64,000 nt of DNA from NCBI GenBank assembly GCA_018242445.1, contig JAFEBW010000050.1:35044-99043 (forward strand). Reading direction: 5' to 3'. The position numbers and the translations under genes were made by a program. This DNA comes from Pseudomonadota bacterium. Its GTDB lineage: Bacteria; Pseudomonadota; Gammaproteobacteria; Xanthomonadales; Xanthomonadaceae. A model generated the notes under the pieces. It did no database searches. It saw only the letters and a list, made by a program, of their open reading frames with translations, and was not told where the DNA came from. Below, piece after piece: positions 47,624 to 57,539 of this stretch. Numbering within the stretch: position 1 is the stretch's first letter; each line of letters begins with the position of its first letter.

Positions 47624-48964
47624 TCAGAACGCGAACGTCGCCGACACGCCGAACAGGTTGGCATCGCCGTTGTAAGTGCCCACCAGGGTGGAACCGGTGG
47701 CCGCGAGGTCGTTCACCGACGTCTTGTTGATCGACACGTAACTGTAACCGGCGTTGATGCTCACCTTGTCGTTCGGCATCCAGCCCAGACCGATCGAGTA
47801 CTGGTTGCGGTTGCCGTCCGGCAGGCGCGGATCGCGCCAGGTGTTGTTGGTCGGAGTCTGATCATGCCCGTAACCGGCGCGCAGCACCCAGTGCGGATCG
47901 AACTGCCAGTCCATGCCGATCGCGAAGGCAGTGGTGTCTTTCCAGAAGAACCCCTCAGCCGACACCGGTTGCGCCGGGTTGGCAAAAGAGACCACGAGCT
48001 GCTTGAGCGAGCTCCAGTTGGTGCGCTCCACGGAGGCCGACAGGGTGAAGGTGTCGCTGAGCTTCTGCGAGGCGCTCAGGGTCCACACGCTGGGCGTGGC
48101 CACGCTGGTGTAAGCCGCGGTGTTCTGGAAGGCGGTGATGCCCTTGAGGTTGAAGATCGCCTGCACGTTCGCCGGCACGTTGAAGTACGCGTTGCCATTG
48201 ATCGTATGGTTGATCCTGGCGCGGTAGTTCAGGCCGATGTTGGTGTCCTTGCTCGGGCTGAACAGGGCGCCGATGTCCCAGCCCCAGTTGCTGTCGTTGC
48301 CCTTGATGCGCGCGGTGCCGTCGGCCGACTGCGGCTGGAACAGCGGGTTGGCGGCGGGGGTGAGGATCGCGCCGAAGTCCACGGCATTGGTCAGCTCGGC
48401 GTCGAGGCGCTGGTAGATCGCGCTGGCGCCGACCGAGAACATGTCGTTGAACTTGTACGACCCGGCCAGGGTGAAGTCCACCGTGCGCACGTCGGACTTG
48501 AGCGCCTGGTAGCGGCCCACCCAAGTGTTGTCGTTGTACTCGGTCTTCAGGCCGAACGGCGCGGTGACCGAGGCGCCGAGGGTGAAGCCGTTGCCGAACG
48601 GGATGATCGCGTGGAACGCGGGCACCGGCGCGCTGTCGCCGAGGTTGCCGCCGTTGCCGCCGGTCAGCGGCCGGGCGAGCGCGTCCACGCCGCCGCCGGT
48701 GAAATGGCCGCTCAGGTCGATCAGGGTCAGGTCGGTCTGCACCGTGGTCTGGTTGAACAGCGACATCGCTGCCGGATTGTTGGCCACCACCGCGGCGTCG
48801 CCCCAGTCGGAACCCGAACCGGCCATCGAACGCGACATCCCCTGGATGCTGTCCTCGCGGATCTGGAAGCCGCTGGCCATCGCCTGCGTGCAGGCAAGCG
48901 CCGCCACGACCGCGATCGCGAGCGTGGAAACCGCCATGGAATTGGATTTGCGCATGTCTGCCAT
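47624..48964 (-). CDS. outer-membrane long-chain fatty acid/aromatic hydrocarbon transporter (FadL/OmpP1/TodX family)
   Basis: It has a signal peptide, ASGFQIREDSIQGMSRSMAG at the N-terminus, and a C-terminal ...GVSATFAF beta-barrel signature. Confidence 0.88.
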   Translation of the reverse strand: MADMRKSNSMAVSTLAIAVVAALACTQAMASGFQIREDSIQGMSRSMAGSGSDWGDAAVVANNPAAMSLFNQTTVQTDLTLIDLSGHFTGGGVDALARPLTGGNGGNLGDSAPVPAFHAIIPFGNGFTLGASVTAPFGLKTEYNDNTWVGRYQALKSDVRTVDFTLAGSYKFNDMFSVGASAIYQRLDAELTNAVDFGAILTPAANPLFQPQSADGTARIKGNDSNWGWDIGALFSPSKDTNIGLNYRARINHTINGNAYFNVPANVQAIFNLKGITAFQNTAAYTSVATPSVWTLSASQKLSDTFTLSASVERTNWSSLKQLVVSFANPAQPVSAEGFFWKDTTAFAIGMDWQFDPHWVLRAGYGHDQTPTNNTWRDPRLPDGNRNQYSIGLGWMPNDKVSINAGYSYVSINKTSVNDLAATGSTLVGTYNGDANLFGVSATFAF

Positions 48965-49213
48965 CTCTCTTCAAGTTTGAGGGATGAATCCTTGGAAAGG
49001 GCCGTCAGGGTGGCGCATGGACGCACCCCCTCGAAACGTTTGCCCGTGCGGCCGGGATCCACGACCGCACCACATACCGCACCGTACTGGAACCGCTGAC
49101 GCATTATGCCTTAACTAATATCTAACATCAAACCGGCGGGTGCAAGTGCCGCGCATCGCGTCCGGATGTCACACTGACGGGCTCACGTCCACGGGCCCGC
49201 CATCGCCGCCGCC

Positions 49214-50911
49214 ATGTATCTGGATCACTACGGCCTGCGCGAGCCGCCTTTTTCGATCACCCCCGATCCGCGCTTCGTGTTCCTGTCCGAGCGCCATCGG
49301 GACGCGCTGGCGCACCTGCTGTACGGCATCGGGCAGGGCGGCGGCAGCGGCTTCGTGCAGCTCACCGGCGAGGTGGGCACGGGCAAGACCACGCTCAGCC
49401 GCCTGTTGCTGGAACAATTGCCCGACAACGCGCGGGTGGCGCTGATCCTCAATCCGTTGCTGTCGCCCGCCGAACTGCTGGAGGCGATCTGCGAGGAACT
49501 GCGCATCGACCTCGACGGCCGGCGCGGCAACCTCAAGGCGCTGGTGGACGCGCTGAACGCGCACCTGCTGGCCGCGCACGCCGCCGGCCTGCGCGTGGTG
49601 GCGATCATCGACGAGGCGCAGAACCTGTCGCCGGCGGCGCTCGAACAAGTGCGCCTGCTGACCAATCTGGAAACCCCCACGCAGAAACTGCTGCAGATCA
49701 TCCTGCTCGGCCAGCCCGAACTGCGCGACATGCTGGCGCGACCCGACCTGCGCCAGCTCGCGCAGCGCATCACCGCGCGCTACCACCTCGCCCCGCTGGA
49801 TGCACATGAAAGCGATGCTTACCTGCGCCATCGCTGGGCAGTGGCTGGCGGCGCTGCGTTCCCGTTCACGCCCGCAGCAATCAAGCGCCTGCACCGCCAC
49901 GCCGGCGGCGTTCCGCGCCTGCTCAACGTGATCGCCGAGCGCGCCTTGCTGGCCGGCTATGCGCGCGGCACGCGCAGCATCGACGAGAACCTGCTGGAAC
50001 AAGCCGCACGCGAGGTGCTGGCGCCGCCGGCGCGTACGAAGCACTGGCCACGGACGACGGCGATCGTACTGGCCACGCTGGCGCTGGCGGGGCTGGGCAT
50101 CGACTCGCTGCATCGCTGGTGGTCGGCACCGGCGCGCGCGCCTGCCGCACCGCCAGCGCGCACGGCCGCACGCACGGCTCCGATACCGGCATCGTCGCTG
50201 GCATCGGCGGCACGCCGACTCGCATCCGTTCCCGACGTGCGGAAAGGTAGCGATGCCGCCACCGCTGCATCCCCGCTCGACGCGGCGCCGCTGCTCGATG
50301 CCGCGCAATTCACCCAGCGCATCGACGGCGGCCCGGGCGATGCCGCGGGCGCATGGCGCGAGTTGCTCGCCTTGTGGGCGATCCGGCCCGATCCCTCGCT
50401 CGACGCGATGGTCTCGTCCTGCCCGGCGAAGCAGCGTCCGGGCCTGTTCTGCGCCAGCGGCAAGCAGCGCCTGAGCCTGCTCGCGCAGTTCGACCGCCCC
50501 CTGCTGCTGCGCCTGCGCCACGAAGGCCATGCTGCGTGGGCGATCCTGCTCGGTCTGGGCTCCTCGCACGCACTGCTGCGCATCAACGACCACGACGTGC
50601 AGGTTCGCCGCGCGGTGCTCGAGGCGGCATTGGATGGCTACGCCGCGGCCGGGCGCGGGCCGGAGGCGGTCGCATTGCCGATCAAGCCGGGGGACTCCGG
50701 GCCCGGCATCGCATGGCTGCGACGGCAATTGAACGCGACCGCGGCGACCGCCGGCGACGGCAACACCTACTCCGGACCGCTCGTCGAAGCCGTGCGTTCG
50801 CGGCAACGCGACCTCGGCCTGCGCGCCGATGGCGTGGTCGGCCCGGAAACCCTGCTCGCCCTGCTGGCCACCGATCGCGACGGCCCGCACCTGCGCAAAC
50901 TCCCGGAGTAG
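49214..50911 (+). CDS. ExeA/GspA-family AAA ATPase with a C-terminal peptidoglycan-binding domain
   Basis: MYLDHYGLREPPFSITPDPRFVF...TGEVGTGKTT...IDEAQNL. The C-terminal LRADGVVGPETL is PG_binding_1-like. Confidence 0.85.
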   Translation: MYLDHYGLREPPFSITPDPRFVFLSERHRDALAHLLYGIGQGGGSGFVQLTGEVGTGKTTLSRLLLEQLPDNARVALILNPLLSPAELLEAICEELRIDLDGRRGNLKALVDALNAHLLAAHAAGLRVVAIIDEAQNLSPAALEQVRLLTNLETPTQKLLQIILLGQPELRDMLARPDLRQLAQRITARYHLAPLDAHESDAYLRHRWAVAGGAAFPFTPAAIKRLHRHAGGVPRLLNVIAERALLAGYARGTRSIDENLLEQAAREVLAPPARTKHWPRTTAIVLATLALAGLGIDSLHRWWSAPARAPAAPPARTAARTAPIPASSLASAARRLASVPDVRKGSDAATAASPLDAAPLLDAAQFTQRIDGGPGDAAGAWRELLALWAIRPDPSLDAMVSSCPAKQRPGLFCASGKQRLSLLAQFDRPLLLRLRHEGHAAWAILLGLGSSHALLRINDHDVQVRRAVLEAALDGYAAAGRGPEAVALPIKPGDSGPGIAWLRRQLNATAATAGDGNTYSGPLVEAVRSRQRDLGLRADGVVGPETLLALLATDRDGPHLRKLPE

Positions 50912-50921
50912 GCTCACGGCC

Positions 50922-51839
50922 ATGTCGCTGATCCTCGAAGCCCTGCGCAAATCCGAAGCCGAACGTCGCCTCGGCCAGGCACCCGACGTGCTCGCGCCGA
51001 TGCCGGCAGCACCCGCCACGACCGAACCTGCGCGGCGACACGGCGCACGGCTCATCGGCGGCCTCGCCGTGGTCGCCATCGTACTGGCCGCCCTTGCCGG
51101 CGGCTGGCTCTTGCGCGGCGCTCGCACACCGACCAGCACATCCATTCCGGTCGCCAAGCCTTCCACGGCGAACGACGCAGCCGTGGCGAGCGGCGCAACT
51201 TCATCGCCTGCATCTGCAACGTCAGCGCCGCCGCCAGCGACGACGACTGCCACGCCATCGCCATCTCCATCGCTGCCCGGTGCGCCGATCGAAGCCGTCG
51301 CATCAGCACCACCACCGGTTGCGCCGCCCAGTGCCACGGCGACGACATCTCCCGCGGGCAACATCGCGTTGCCCGCACCCGCACGCTCGCCCAGCACCAC
51401 TGCCCATGCATCGTCGCATCCACTTGCGACACGCGACACATCGGCGGCCAGACCGGCGACGGAGCGCGCCAGCGCCCACGATCTGGCCACTGCCACCCGC
51501 GCCGCCGCGTCGCTGCCGTCGTTCGCCAGCTCACCGCCCGTCCCGCCGGCAACCGCGCCGACCAGCGCCCCTGCACCCACGAATGCAGCGCCCGCTCCGA
51601 ATGCGCCGACGCTGCTGCCGCTCTCGGTGCTCTCGCCCGCCGCGCGCGCCAGCCTGCCGCCCTTGAAAGTGACGATGCACGTGTATTCCGCCGATCCGGC
51701 TGGCCGCTTCATGATCGTCGATGGCCAGCGCATGACCGAGGGCGCACGCATCGCCGACGGCGTGGTGCTGGTGCGCATCCGCCGCGACGGCGCCGAACTG
51801 GACGTGCGCGGCCAGCGCGTGCTGCTGCCCAATCCATGA
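50922..51839 (+). CDS. GspB-like general secretion pathway protein
   Basis: It has MSLILEALRKSEAERR at the N-terminus, a TM segment, an Ala/Pro/Ser/Thr-rich linker, and the C-terminal LKVTMHVYSADP..RF..V.G domain. Confidence 0.7.
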   Translation: MSLILEALRKSEAERRLGQAPDVLAPMPAAPATTEPARRHGARLIGGLAVVAIVLAALAGGWLLRGARTPTSTSIPVAKPSTANDAAVASGATSSPASATSAPPPATTTATPSPSPSLPGAPIEAVASAPPPVAPPSATATTSPAGNIALPAPARSPSTTAHASSHPLATRDTSAARPATERASAHDLATATRAAASLPSFASSPPVPPATAPTSAPAPTNAAPAPNAPTLLPLSVLSPAARASLPPLKVTMHVYSADPAGRFMIVDGQRMTEGARIADGVVLVRIRRDGAELDVRGQRVLLPNP

Positions 51840-51894
51840 CCGCCCGCGCGCCCTGCAGTCGAAGGCGGCGCGGGCCTTGCGTACACTGCCTGCC

Positions 51895-52218
51895 ATGACC
51901 ATCCGCAAGCTCTACAAGATCAGCTTCCTCAGCGCCGGGCGCATCTACGAGCTGTACGCCCGCAAGGTGGCCAGCAGCGAGCTGTGGGGCTTCACCGAAG
52001 TCTCCGACCTCGTGTTCGACCACGGCGAGGGCGTGGTGGTCGATCCCACCGAGGAGCGTCTGCGCGACGAATTCGGCGCGACCCGCCGCCTGCATCTGCC
52101 GATGCAATCCATCCTGCGCGTGGAGGAAGTCGAGCGCCGCGGCGCGGCGCGCATCCGCGATGCCGCCAGCGGCGAAGCGGTGGTCACCCCATTCCCGATG
52201 CCGGGCAAGGCGCGGTAG
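51895..52218 (+). CDS. DUF1820 family protein
   Basis: LYKISFLSAGRIYELYARKVASSELWGFTEVSDLVF. Confidence 0.7.
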   Translation: MTIRKLYKISFLSAGRIYELYARKVASSELWGFTEVSDLVFDHGEGVVVDPTEERLRDEFGATRRLHLPMQSILRVEEVERRGAARIRDAASGEAVVTPFPMPGKAR

Positions 52219-52272
52219 GCGTTCGTCGCCAGACGACGGATCGGGCGATCCCGGTCGCCGCGACCGGCGCCC

Positions 52273-53712
52273 TCAGTGCGTCGAAGTCGCCGTGGCCGCC
52301 TTCGCCATCGTCGCCGGCAACTTCTTGAGCGCCTTCAGCCCCTCGGCGATCGCGTAGTCGTCGGCGAACACCACCGCAGCACCGCCTTCGTCGCTGCTGC
52401 CGCCGTCGCTGCCGTTGGACAGGTGCTGCGGCAAGTCGCGTTCGCGGGTGCCGCCATCGTCGGCCGCCAATTCGCTGCCGTGCGCCTTGAGGATGATGTC
52501 CGGCACGATGCCGCGGGACTGGATCGATTTGCCGCTGGGCGTGTAATAGCGCGCGGTGGTGAGCTTGATCGAATCGCCGTTGTCCAGCGGGATCACGGTC
52601 TGCACCGAGCCCTTGCCGAAGGTGCGGCTGCCGACCACCTCGGCGCGGTGGTTGTCCTGCAGCGCGCCGGTGAGCACCTCCGAGGCGCTGGCGGTGCCGC
52701 CATCGACCAGCACCACCATCGGCGCGCCATCGAGCACGTCGCCGGGGCTGGCGGTGAAGGTGGCGTTGGAATAACTCAGGCGGCCACGGGTGGACACGAT
52801 GACGCCACTGTCGAGGAAATCGTCGGCCGCCTCCACCGCCGCATTGAGCAGGCCGCCGGGATTGCTGCGCAGGTCGAGCACGAGGCCGCGCAGAGGGCCG
52901 TGGTTTTGCTTGAGCAGGTCGCCCACCTGCGCGCTCAGGTCGCTGGCGGTATCGACCTGGAACTCGCTGATGCGCACGTAGCCGTAGCCCGGCTCGAGCA
53001 TCCGCGAGGTCACGCTGCCGATCTTCACCACGCCGCGCTTGACGAAGACCGTCATCGCGCCTTTCACGCCATCGCGTTGCACGGACAGCTTCACCGTGCT
53101 GCCCGGTGGCCCGCGCAGGCCGAGGGTGGCGCCTTCGGCGTTGTCGGCGTCGATGGGCTTGTCGTCGATCTTCGTGATCACGTCGCCCGGGCGCAAGCCG
53201 GCCCGCGCCGCCGGCGAACCGTCGATCGGCGCGATCACCCGCAGGCTGCGATCGGGCAATTGCATCACCTCGATGCCGATGCCCTGGTAGGCGCCGCTGG
53301 AATCCTCCGACAACTGCTGCGCTTCCTGCTTGTCCAGATAGGCGCTGTGCGGGTCGAGGTTGGTGAGCAGGCCGCGCACCGAGGCCTGCATCAGGCGGCG
53401 GTCGCTGATCGGATCCACATACGCCTGCTTGACCGCGCGATAGACCGCGACGTAGCGCTGGATCTCCTCCAGCGGGACGTTGCCGTCGCGGTCGGCCTTG
53501 CCGGCGCGCCGCGCCGCCTGCGTCGCTTCCTGGATTTCCTGCGGGGTCGGCGGGGCGGCCTGCGCGGCGGGACTGGCGTCTTGTGCCGGCGCGGGCGCGG
53601 CTGCCGGTGCCGGCCCGGGCGCAGGCGCGGCATCCTGCGCGTGCGCGCAGGGCACGGCCAGCGCGGCGGCCAGCAGGGCCGTGGTCAACGTCGTGCGGAT
53701 CGAAAGGCTCAT
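52273..53712 (-). CDS. ctpA: S41-family carboxy-terminal processing protease
   Basis: It has a PDZ region, then LDLRSNPGGLL and VLVDGGTASASE motifs, plus a signal peptide. Confidence 0.9.
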   Translation of the reverse strand: MSLSIRTTLTTALLAAALAVPCAHAQDAAPAPGPAPAAAPAPAQDASPAAQAAPPTPQEIQEATQAARRAGKADRDGNVPLEEIQRYVAVYRAVKQAYVDPISDRRLMQASVRGLLTNLDPHSAYLDKQEAQQLSEDSSGAYQGIGIEVMQLPDRSLRVIAPIDGSPAARAGLRPGDVITKIDDKPIDADNAEGATLGLRGPPGSTVKLSVQRDGVKGAMTVFVKRGVVKIGSVTSRMLEPGYGYVRISEFQVDTASDLSAQVGDLLKQNHGPLRGLVLDLRSNPGGLLNAAVEAADDFLDSGVIVSTRGRLSYSNATFTASPGDVLDGAPMVVLVDGGTASASEVLTGALQDNHRAEVVGSRTFGKGSVQTVIPLDNGDSIKLTTARYYTPSGKSIQSRGIVPDIILKAHGSELAADDGGTRERDLPQHLSNGSDGGSSDEGGAAVVFADDYAIAEGLKALKKLPATMAKAATATSTH

Positions 53713-53791
53713 GCCGTCATCATCGCATTGCCGGGGAAGGAAGTGCATGGCGGCTCAGACCGGGGCCAGACGGCGAGGTTCCGGCGCGGCG

Positions 53792-55135
53792 TCAGCGCGG
53801 GCGCAACCATGCGCGCGGATCGACCGCCTTGCCGTTCAGGCGGATCTCGAAATACAGGGCGTTGCGGCCCTGCCCGCCCGAGCTGCCGACGGTCGCCAGC
53901 GCATCGCCGGCGCGCACGACATCGCCGGCGTTCTTCAACAAGGCGTCGTTGTTGGCGTACAGGCTCATCACGCCATGCCCGTGATCGACGATCAACAGCA
54001 GGCCATAACCCTTGAGCCAATTGGCGAACGCCACCCGGCCATCGGCCACGGCATGCACCTCCTCGCCGGCGCTGCCGGCGATCAGCAGGCCGTTGCTGTC
54101 GCCGCCGAAGCCGGCCAGCACATGCCCCTGGATCGGCCAGGCGAAATGCCCCGGCGTGCCGGAGAACGGCACTTCGACGACCGGCGGTCGGGCGGGCGGC
54201 GCGATCTCGGGCGTGGGCAGCGGATGGGCCGGCGCGGCCACGGCCAGCGCAGGCTGAGGATGGCTCGGCGCGACGATGCGGGGCTTTGGCGCCGGTGGTG
54301 GCGGTGGCGGTGGCGCGTGCGCCATCACCTCGCCGAGTTGCAGCACCAGCCGATCGAGCGCCTGCGAATCGCGGCCCAGTGCCTGCATGCGCGCCGCGCG
54401 ATCGCGATAACCGGCGTTGAGCGTGGCCAGCACGCGCCCGCGCTGCGCGCGTTGCGCCTGCACGGCGGCCAGCTTGGTCGCCTGCTCCTGCCGCGACGCG
54501 GCCAGCGCGGCTCGCTGCGCATCGACCTGCCGCGACAGCTCGGCCAGGGCCTGCATCTGCGCGGTGAGGTCGTGGATGCGGCGCAGGCGGTCGGCTTCGA
54601 AATAACGGTGGTACTGCAAGGCGCGTGCCAGATCGACCACGCGATCTTGCGCCAGCAACAGCTTGAGCTGCTCATCGCCGCCCAGGGCGTAGGCCGAGCG
54701 CACCAGCTCGGCCAGTTGCGCGCGCTGGTGCGCGAGTTGCTTGCGCAAGGCTGCCTGCTGCTTTTCGAGGGTGCCCAGTTTCGCCTGCTGGGCGGCGATG
54801 GCCGCGTCGGTGTCGTGCAGGGCGCGCGTGGCTTCACCGAGCCCGGTATCGGCCGCGCGCAACGCCTTGCTGGCATCGCTGCGCTGGCCGGCGGCTTCCT
54901 GCTGTTGCTGGGCAAGGGCATCGAGCTGCCCGCGCACATCGCGCAGGCGCGCCTCGGCATCGGCCTTGCCCGCGGCAGCCTGCGCCTTCGCCTTCGCATC
55001 GGCAGCGCGCGCGGCCTCGTATCGGGCCTGCGCATCCGACTCGGCGCTCGCCTGCGGTTGCGGGTGGTGCGGCGGCGCGGCGAAAGCGCCCGCGCACAGC
55101 AACATCGTCGCAGCCAGCGCCCGGCGCGGCGTCAC
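53792..55135 (-). CDS. envC: murein hydrolase activator EnvC-like (coiled coil plus M23 peptidase domain)
   Basis: A long Gln/Ala-rich coiled coil is followed by a Pro-rich linker and a C-terminal M23 domain (GLLIAG..G..V.AVADGRV.FA.WLKGYGLLLIVDHG). The GTG start overlaps the gpmI stop (GTGA). Confidence 0.85.
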   Translation of the reverse strand: MTPRRALAATMLLCAGAFAAPPHHPQPQASAESDAQARYEAARAADAKAKAQAAAGKADAEARLRDVRGQLDALAQQQQEAAGQRSDASKALRAADTGLGEATRALHDTDAAIAAQQAKLGTLEKQQAALRKQLAHQRAQLAELVRSAYALGGDEQLKLLLAQDRVVDLARALQYHRYFEADRLRRIHDLTAQMQALAELSRQVDAQRAALAASRQEQATKLAAVQAQRAQRGRVLATLNAGYRDRAARMQALGRDSQALDRLVLQLGEVMAHAPPPPPPPAPKPRIVAPSHPQPALAVAAPAHPLPTPEIAPPARPPVVEVPFSGTPGHFAWPIQGHVLAGFGGDSNGLLIAGSAGEEVHAVADGRVAFANWLKGYGLLLIVDHGHGVMSLYANNDALLKNAGDVVRAGDALATVGSSGGQGRNALYFEIRLNGKAVDPRAWLRPR

Positions 55136-56679
55136 GCCAGTTGCACCAGCGAGCGCCCGCTCATCGCCGCCGGTTGCGGCAGGCCCATCAGCAGCAGCAG
55201 GCTGGGCGCCAGGTCGCGCAGCGAACCGCCATCGCGCAGGTTGGCCTTGCGCCCGAGGTACACGCACGGCACCGGGCCGACGGTGTGCGCGGTGTGCGGC
55301 TGCCCGGAGACGGGGTCGCGCATCATCTCCAGGTTGCCGTGGTCGGCGGTGACGATCATCTCCCCGCCGACGCCCTCCAGCGCGCTGCGGATCCTTCCTA
55401 GCGCCACGTCCACCGCCTCGGCGGCCGCGATCGCCGCGGCGAGGATGCCGGTGTGGCCGACCATGTCCGGGTTGGCGATGTTGCACACGATGGCGTCGTA
55501 GGTTTGCGCCGCGATCGCCGCGCACAGCTTGTCGGTCAATTCCGGCAGGCTCATCTGCGGTTGCAGGTCGTAGGTGGCGACCTTGGGCGAGGGGATCAGG
55601 ATGCGCTCCTCGCCGGCCACCGGCGCTTCCACGCCGCCGTTGAAGAAGAAGGTGACGTGCGCGTACTTCTCGGTCTCGGCGATGCGCAACTGGCGCAGGC
55701 CGTGCGCGGCCAGCACCTCGCCGAAGGTGTCGTGCAGATCGGCCGGCGCGAAAGCCACCGGCGCGGGCAGGGAGGCGTCGTATTCGGTCAGGCAGACGTA
55801 GCGTGACAGGCGAATCGTCCGCGGCCGAGTGAAACCCGAAAAATCCTCGCGCACGAAACAGGCGCTGATCTCGCGGGCGCGATCGGCGCGGAAGTTCATG
55901 AACACCACCGCGTCGCCATCGCGCATCGGCGTCGAACCTGCGATCACGGTGGGCTTGACGAACTCGTCGTTCTCGCCGCGCGCGTAGACATCGGCGAGCG
56001 CGTGCAGCGCATCGGGCGCGGTGTAGACACCCTTCGCCTCGGCGATCGCCAGATACGCCTGTTCGACGCGATCCCAGCGCTGGTCGCGATCCATCGCGTA
56101 ATAGCGGCCGCTGACGCTGGCGATACGCGCATTGCCGGCTTTCGCGCACGCATCCTGCAACGCGCGCAAACTCGCCTCGGCCGAGCGCGGCGGGGTGTCG
56201 CGGCCATCGAGGAAGGCGTGCACGGCCACCTGCTGCACGCCACGCCGGCGCGCCAGTTCCAGCATCGCGAAGATGTGCGTCTCATGGCTGTGCACGCCAC
56301 CGGGCGAGAGCAGGCCGAACACCTGCAGCGTGCCATCGTCGGCCTTGGCGGCATCGCAGGCCGCGCACAGTTCGGCATTGGCGAAGAACGAGCCGTCCTC
56401 GATCGCCGCGTCGATGCGGGTGAGGTCCTGATACACGATGCGGCCGGCACCGATGTTCATGTGCCCAACCTCGGAATTGCCCATCTGCCCGTCGGGCAAA
56501 CCGACGAATTTGCCTTCGGTGTGCACCAGCGTGTGCGGGCAGTCGGCCAGCAAACGCCGCCAGTTCGGCGCATGCGCCTGCGCGATGGCGTCGTCGGGAG
56601 CATGCGCGATGTCGCGATGGCCCCAGCCATCGAGGATCAGCAGCAGGACGGGTCGGGGGCGGTGACTTTCGGCACTCAC
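55132..56679 (-). CDS. gpmI: 2,3-bisphosphoglycerate-independent phosphoglycerate mutase
   Basis: LLILDGWG...GNSEVGHMNIGAGR...SPGGVHSH...TADHGN. A GTG start at 56679 is proposed. Confidence 0.95.
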   Translation of the reverse strand: MSAESHRPRPVLLLILDGWGHRDIAHAPDDAIAQAHAPNWRRLLADCPHTLVHTEGKFVGLPDGQMGNSEVGHMNIGAGRIVYQDLTRIDAAIEDGSFFANAELCAACDAAKADDGTLQVFGLLSPGGVHSHETHIFAMLELARRRGVQQVAVHAFLDGRDTPPRSAEASLRALQDACAKAGNARIASVSGRYYAMDRDQRWDRVEQAYLAIAEAKGVYTAPDALHALADVYARGENDEFVKPTVIAGSTPMRDGDAVVFMNFRADRAREISACFVREDFSGFTRPRTIRLSRYVCLTEYDASLPAPVAFAPADLHDTFGEVLAAHGLRQLRIAETEKYAHVTFFFNGGVEAPVAGEERILIPSPKVATYDLQPQMSLPELTDKLCAAIAAQTYDAIVCNIANPDMVGHTGILAAAIAAAEAVDVALGRIRSALEGVGGEMIVTADHGNLEMMRDPVSGQPHTAHTVGPVPCVYLGRKANLRDGGSLRDLAPSLLLLMGLPQPAAMSGRSLVQLA

Positions 56680-56815
56680 GGAAGGGCTCGCGGTCGGCGC
56701 ATGGTGCGTGGAGGAATATTGTAGCCGACGCCTTCCTGCCCCTCGCTGCCGGTCGCACTCGCGCGCGGCGACGGCGCAAGCAGCGAACGCCGGCACGCCA
56801 CGCGGAGGACACGTC

Positions 56816-57520
56816 ATGCGCATCGCCCCCTTGCTTCCCATCGTGCTGGGCACGCTGCTGCTCGCCGCTTGCGACATCGGCGGGGCGCTCGGCAAGGTCA
56901 ACGGCAGCGTGACCGTGCAGGCCGGCACGCACGCCGACCACGCGAGCACGGTCAACGGCAGCATCGAGATCGGCCACGACGCCACCGTCGGCAACGCCAA
57001 GACCGTCAACGGCTCCATCACCCTCGGCGCAAAAGCGACTGCACAGGAACTCAAGGCGGTCAATGGCGCGATCACCCTGAACGATCACGCGAGCGCCGGC
57101 TCGGCGACGTCGGTCAACGGCGACATCCGGCTCGCCGCCGCGGCGGCGCTCGCGCAGGGCGCGACCTCGGTCAACGGCAGCGTGACCCTGGCGAACGGCA
57201 GTCACGTCGGCGGCGCGGTCACCAACGTCAACGGCGCCATCGCGCTGGATCATGCCAACGTCGACGGCGGCATCACGACCGCCAACGGCGACGTCACCGT
57301 CGGCACCGGCTCGGTGGTTCGCGGCGGCCTGCACGTGGTCAAGCCGCAGGGCATCTCGTTCGGCGAGAACCGCAAGCCGCGCATCGTGATCGAATCGGGC
57401 GCGACCGTGGAAGGCACCCTGCAATTCGACCGCCCCGTGGATCTGCGCGTCGCCGCCGATGCGAAGATCGGCCCGGTGGTCGGCGCGACGGCCCAGCCCT
57501 GGTCTTCGAGCGCGCAGTAA
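56816..57520 (+). CDS. lipoprotein built from repeated xVNGxIxL units with a period of about 18 aa (beta-helix/bactofilin-like repeat)
   Basis: It has the lipobox LLAAC and 7 VNG plus 1 ANG repeat cores. The SD GGAGGA lies upstream of the ATG at 56816. Confidence 0.65.
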   Translation: MRIAPLLPIVLGTLLLAACDIGGALGKVNGSVTVQAGTHADHASTVNGSIEIGHDATVGNAKTVNGSITLGAKATAQELKAVNGAITLNDHASAGSATSVNGDIRLAAAAALAQGATSVNGSVTLANGSHVGGAVTNVNGAIALDHANVDGGITTANGDVTVGTGSVVRGGLHVVKPQGISFGENRKPRIVIESGATVEGTLQFDRPVDLRVAADAKIGPVVGATAQPWSSSAQ

Positions 57521-57539
57521 AGGCTGTTCCCGCCGCAGG

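Noticed and set aside
51150-51650. Apparent repetitive DNA within the GspB-like gene.
   Set aside because: This is low-complexity Ala/Pro/Ser/Thr linker coding sequence with no defined repeat unit and is not a repeat element.
49169-51886. 905-aa minus-strand ORF opposite the ExeA and GspB genes.
   Set aside because: It has no motifs and low complexity. The plus strand encodes a clear AAA plus peptidoglycan-binding ExeA and a GspB-like protein.
53792-56149. Single 785-aa minus-strand ORF apparently fusing EnvC with upstream sequence.
   Set aside because: Only the C-terminal 447 codons (53792-55135) look like EnvC. The N-terminal part is an alternative frame running through gpmI, whose own frame (55132-56679) carries all the phosphoglycerate mutase motifs.
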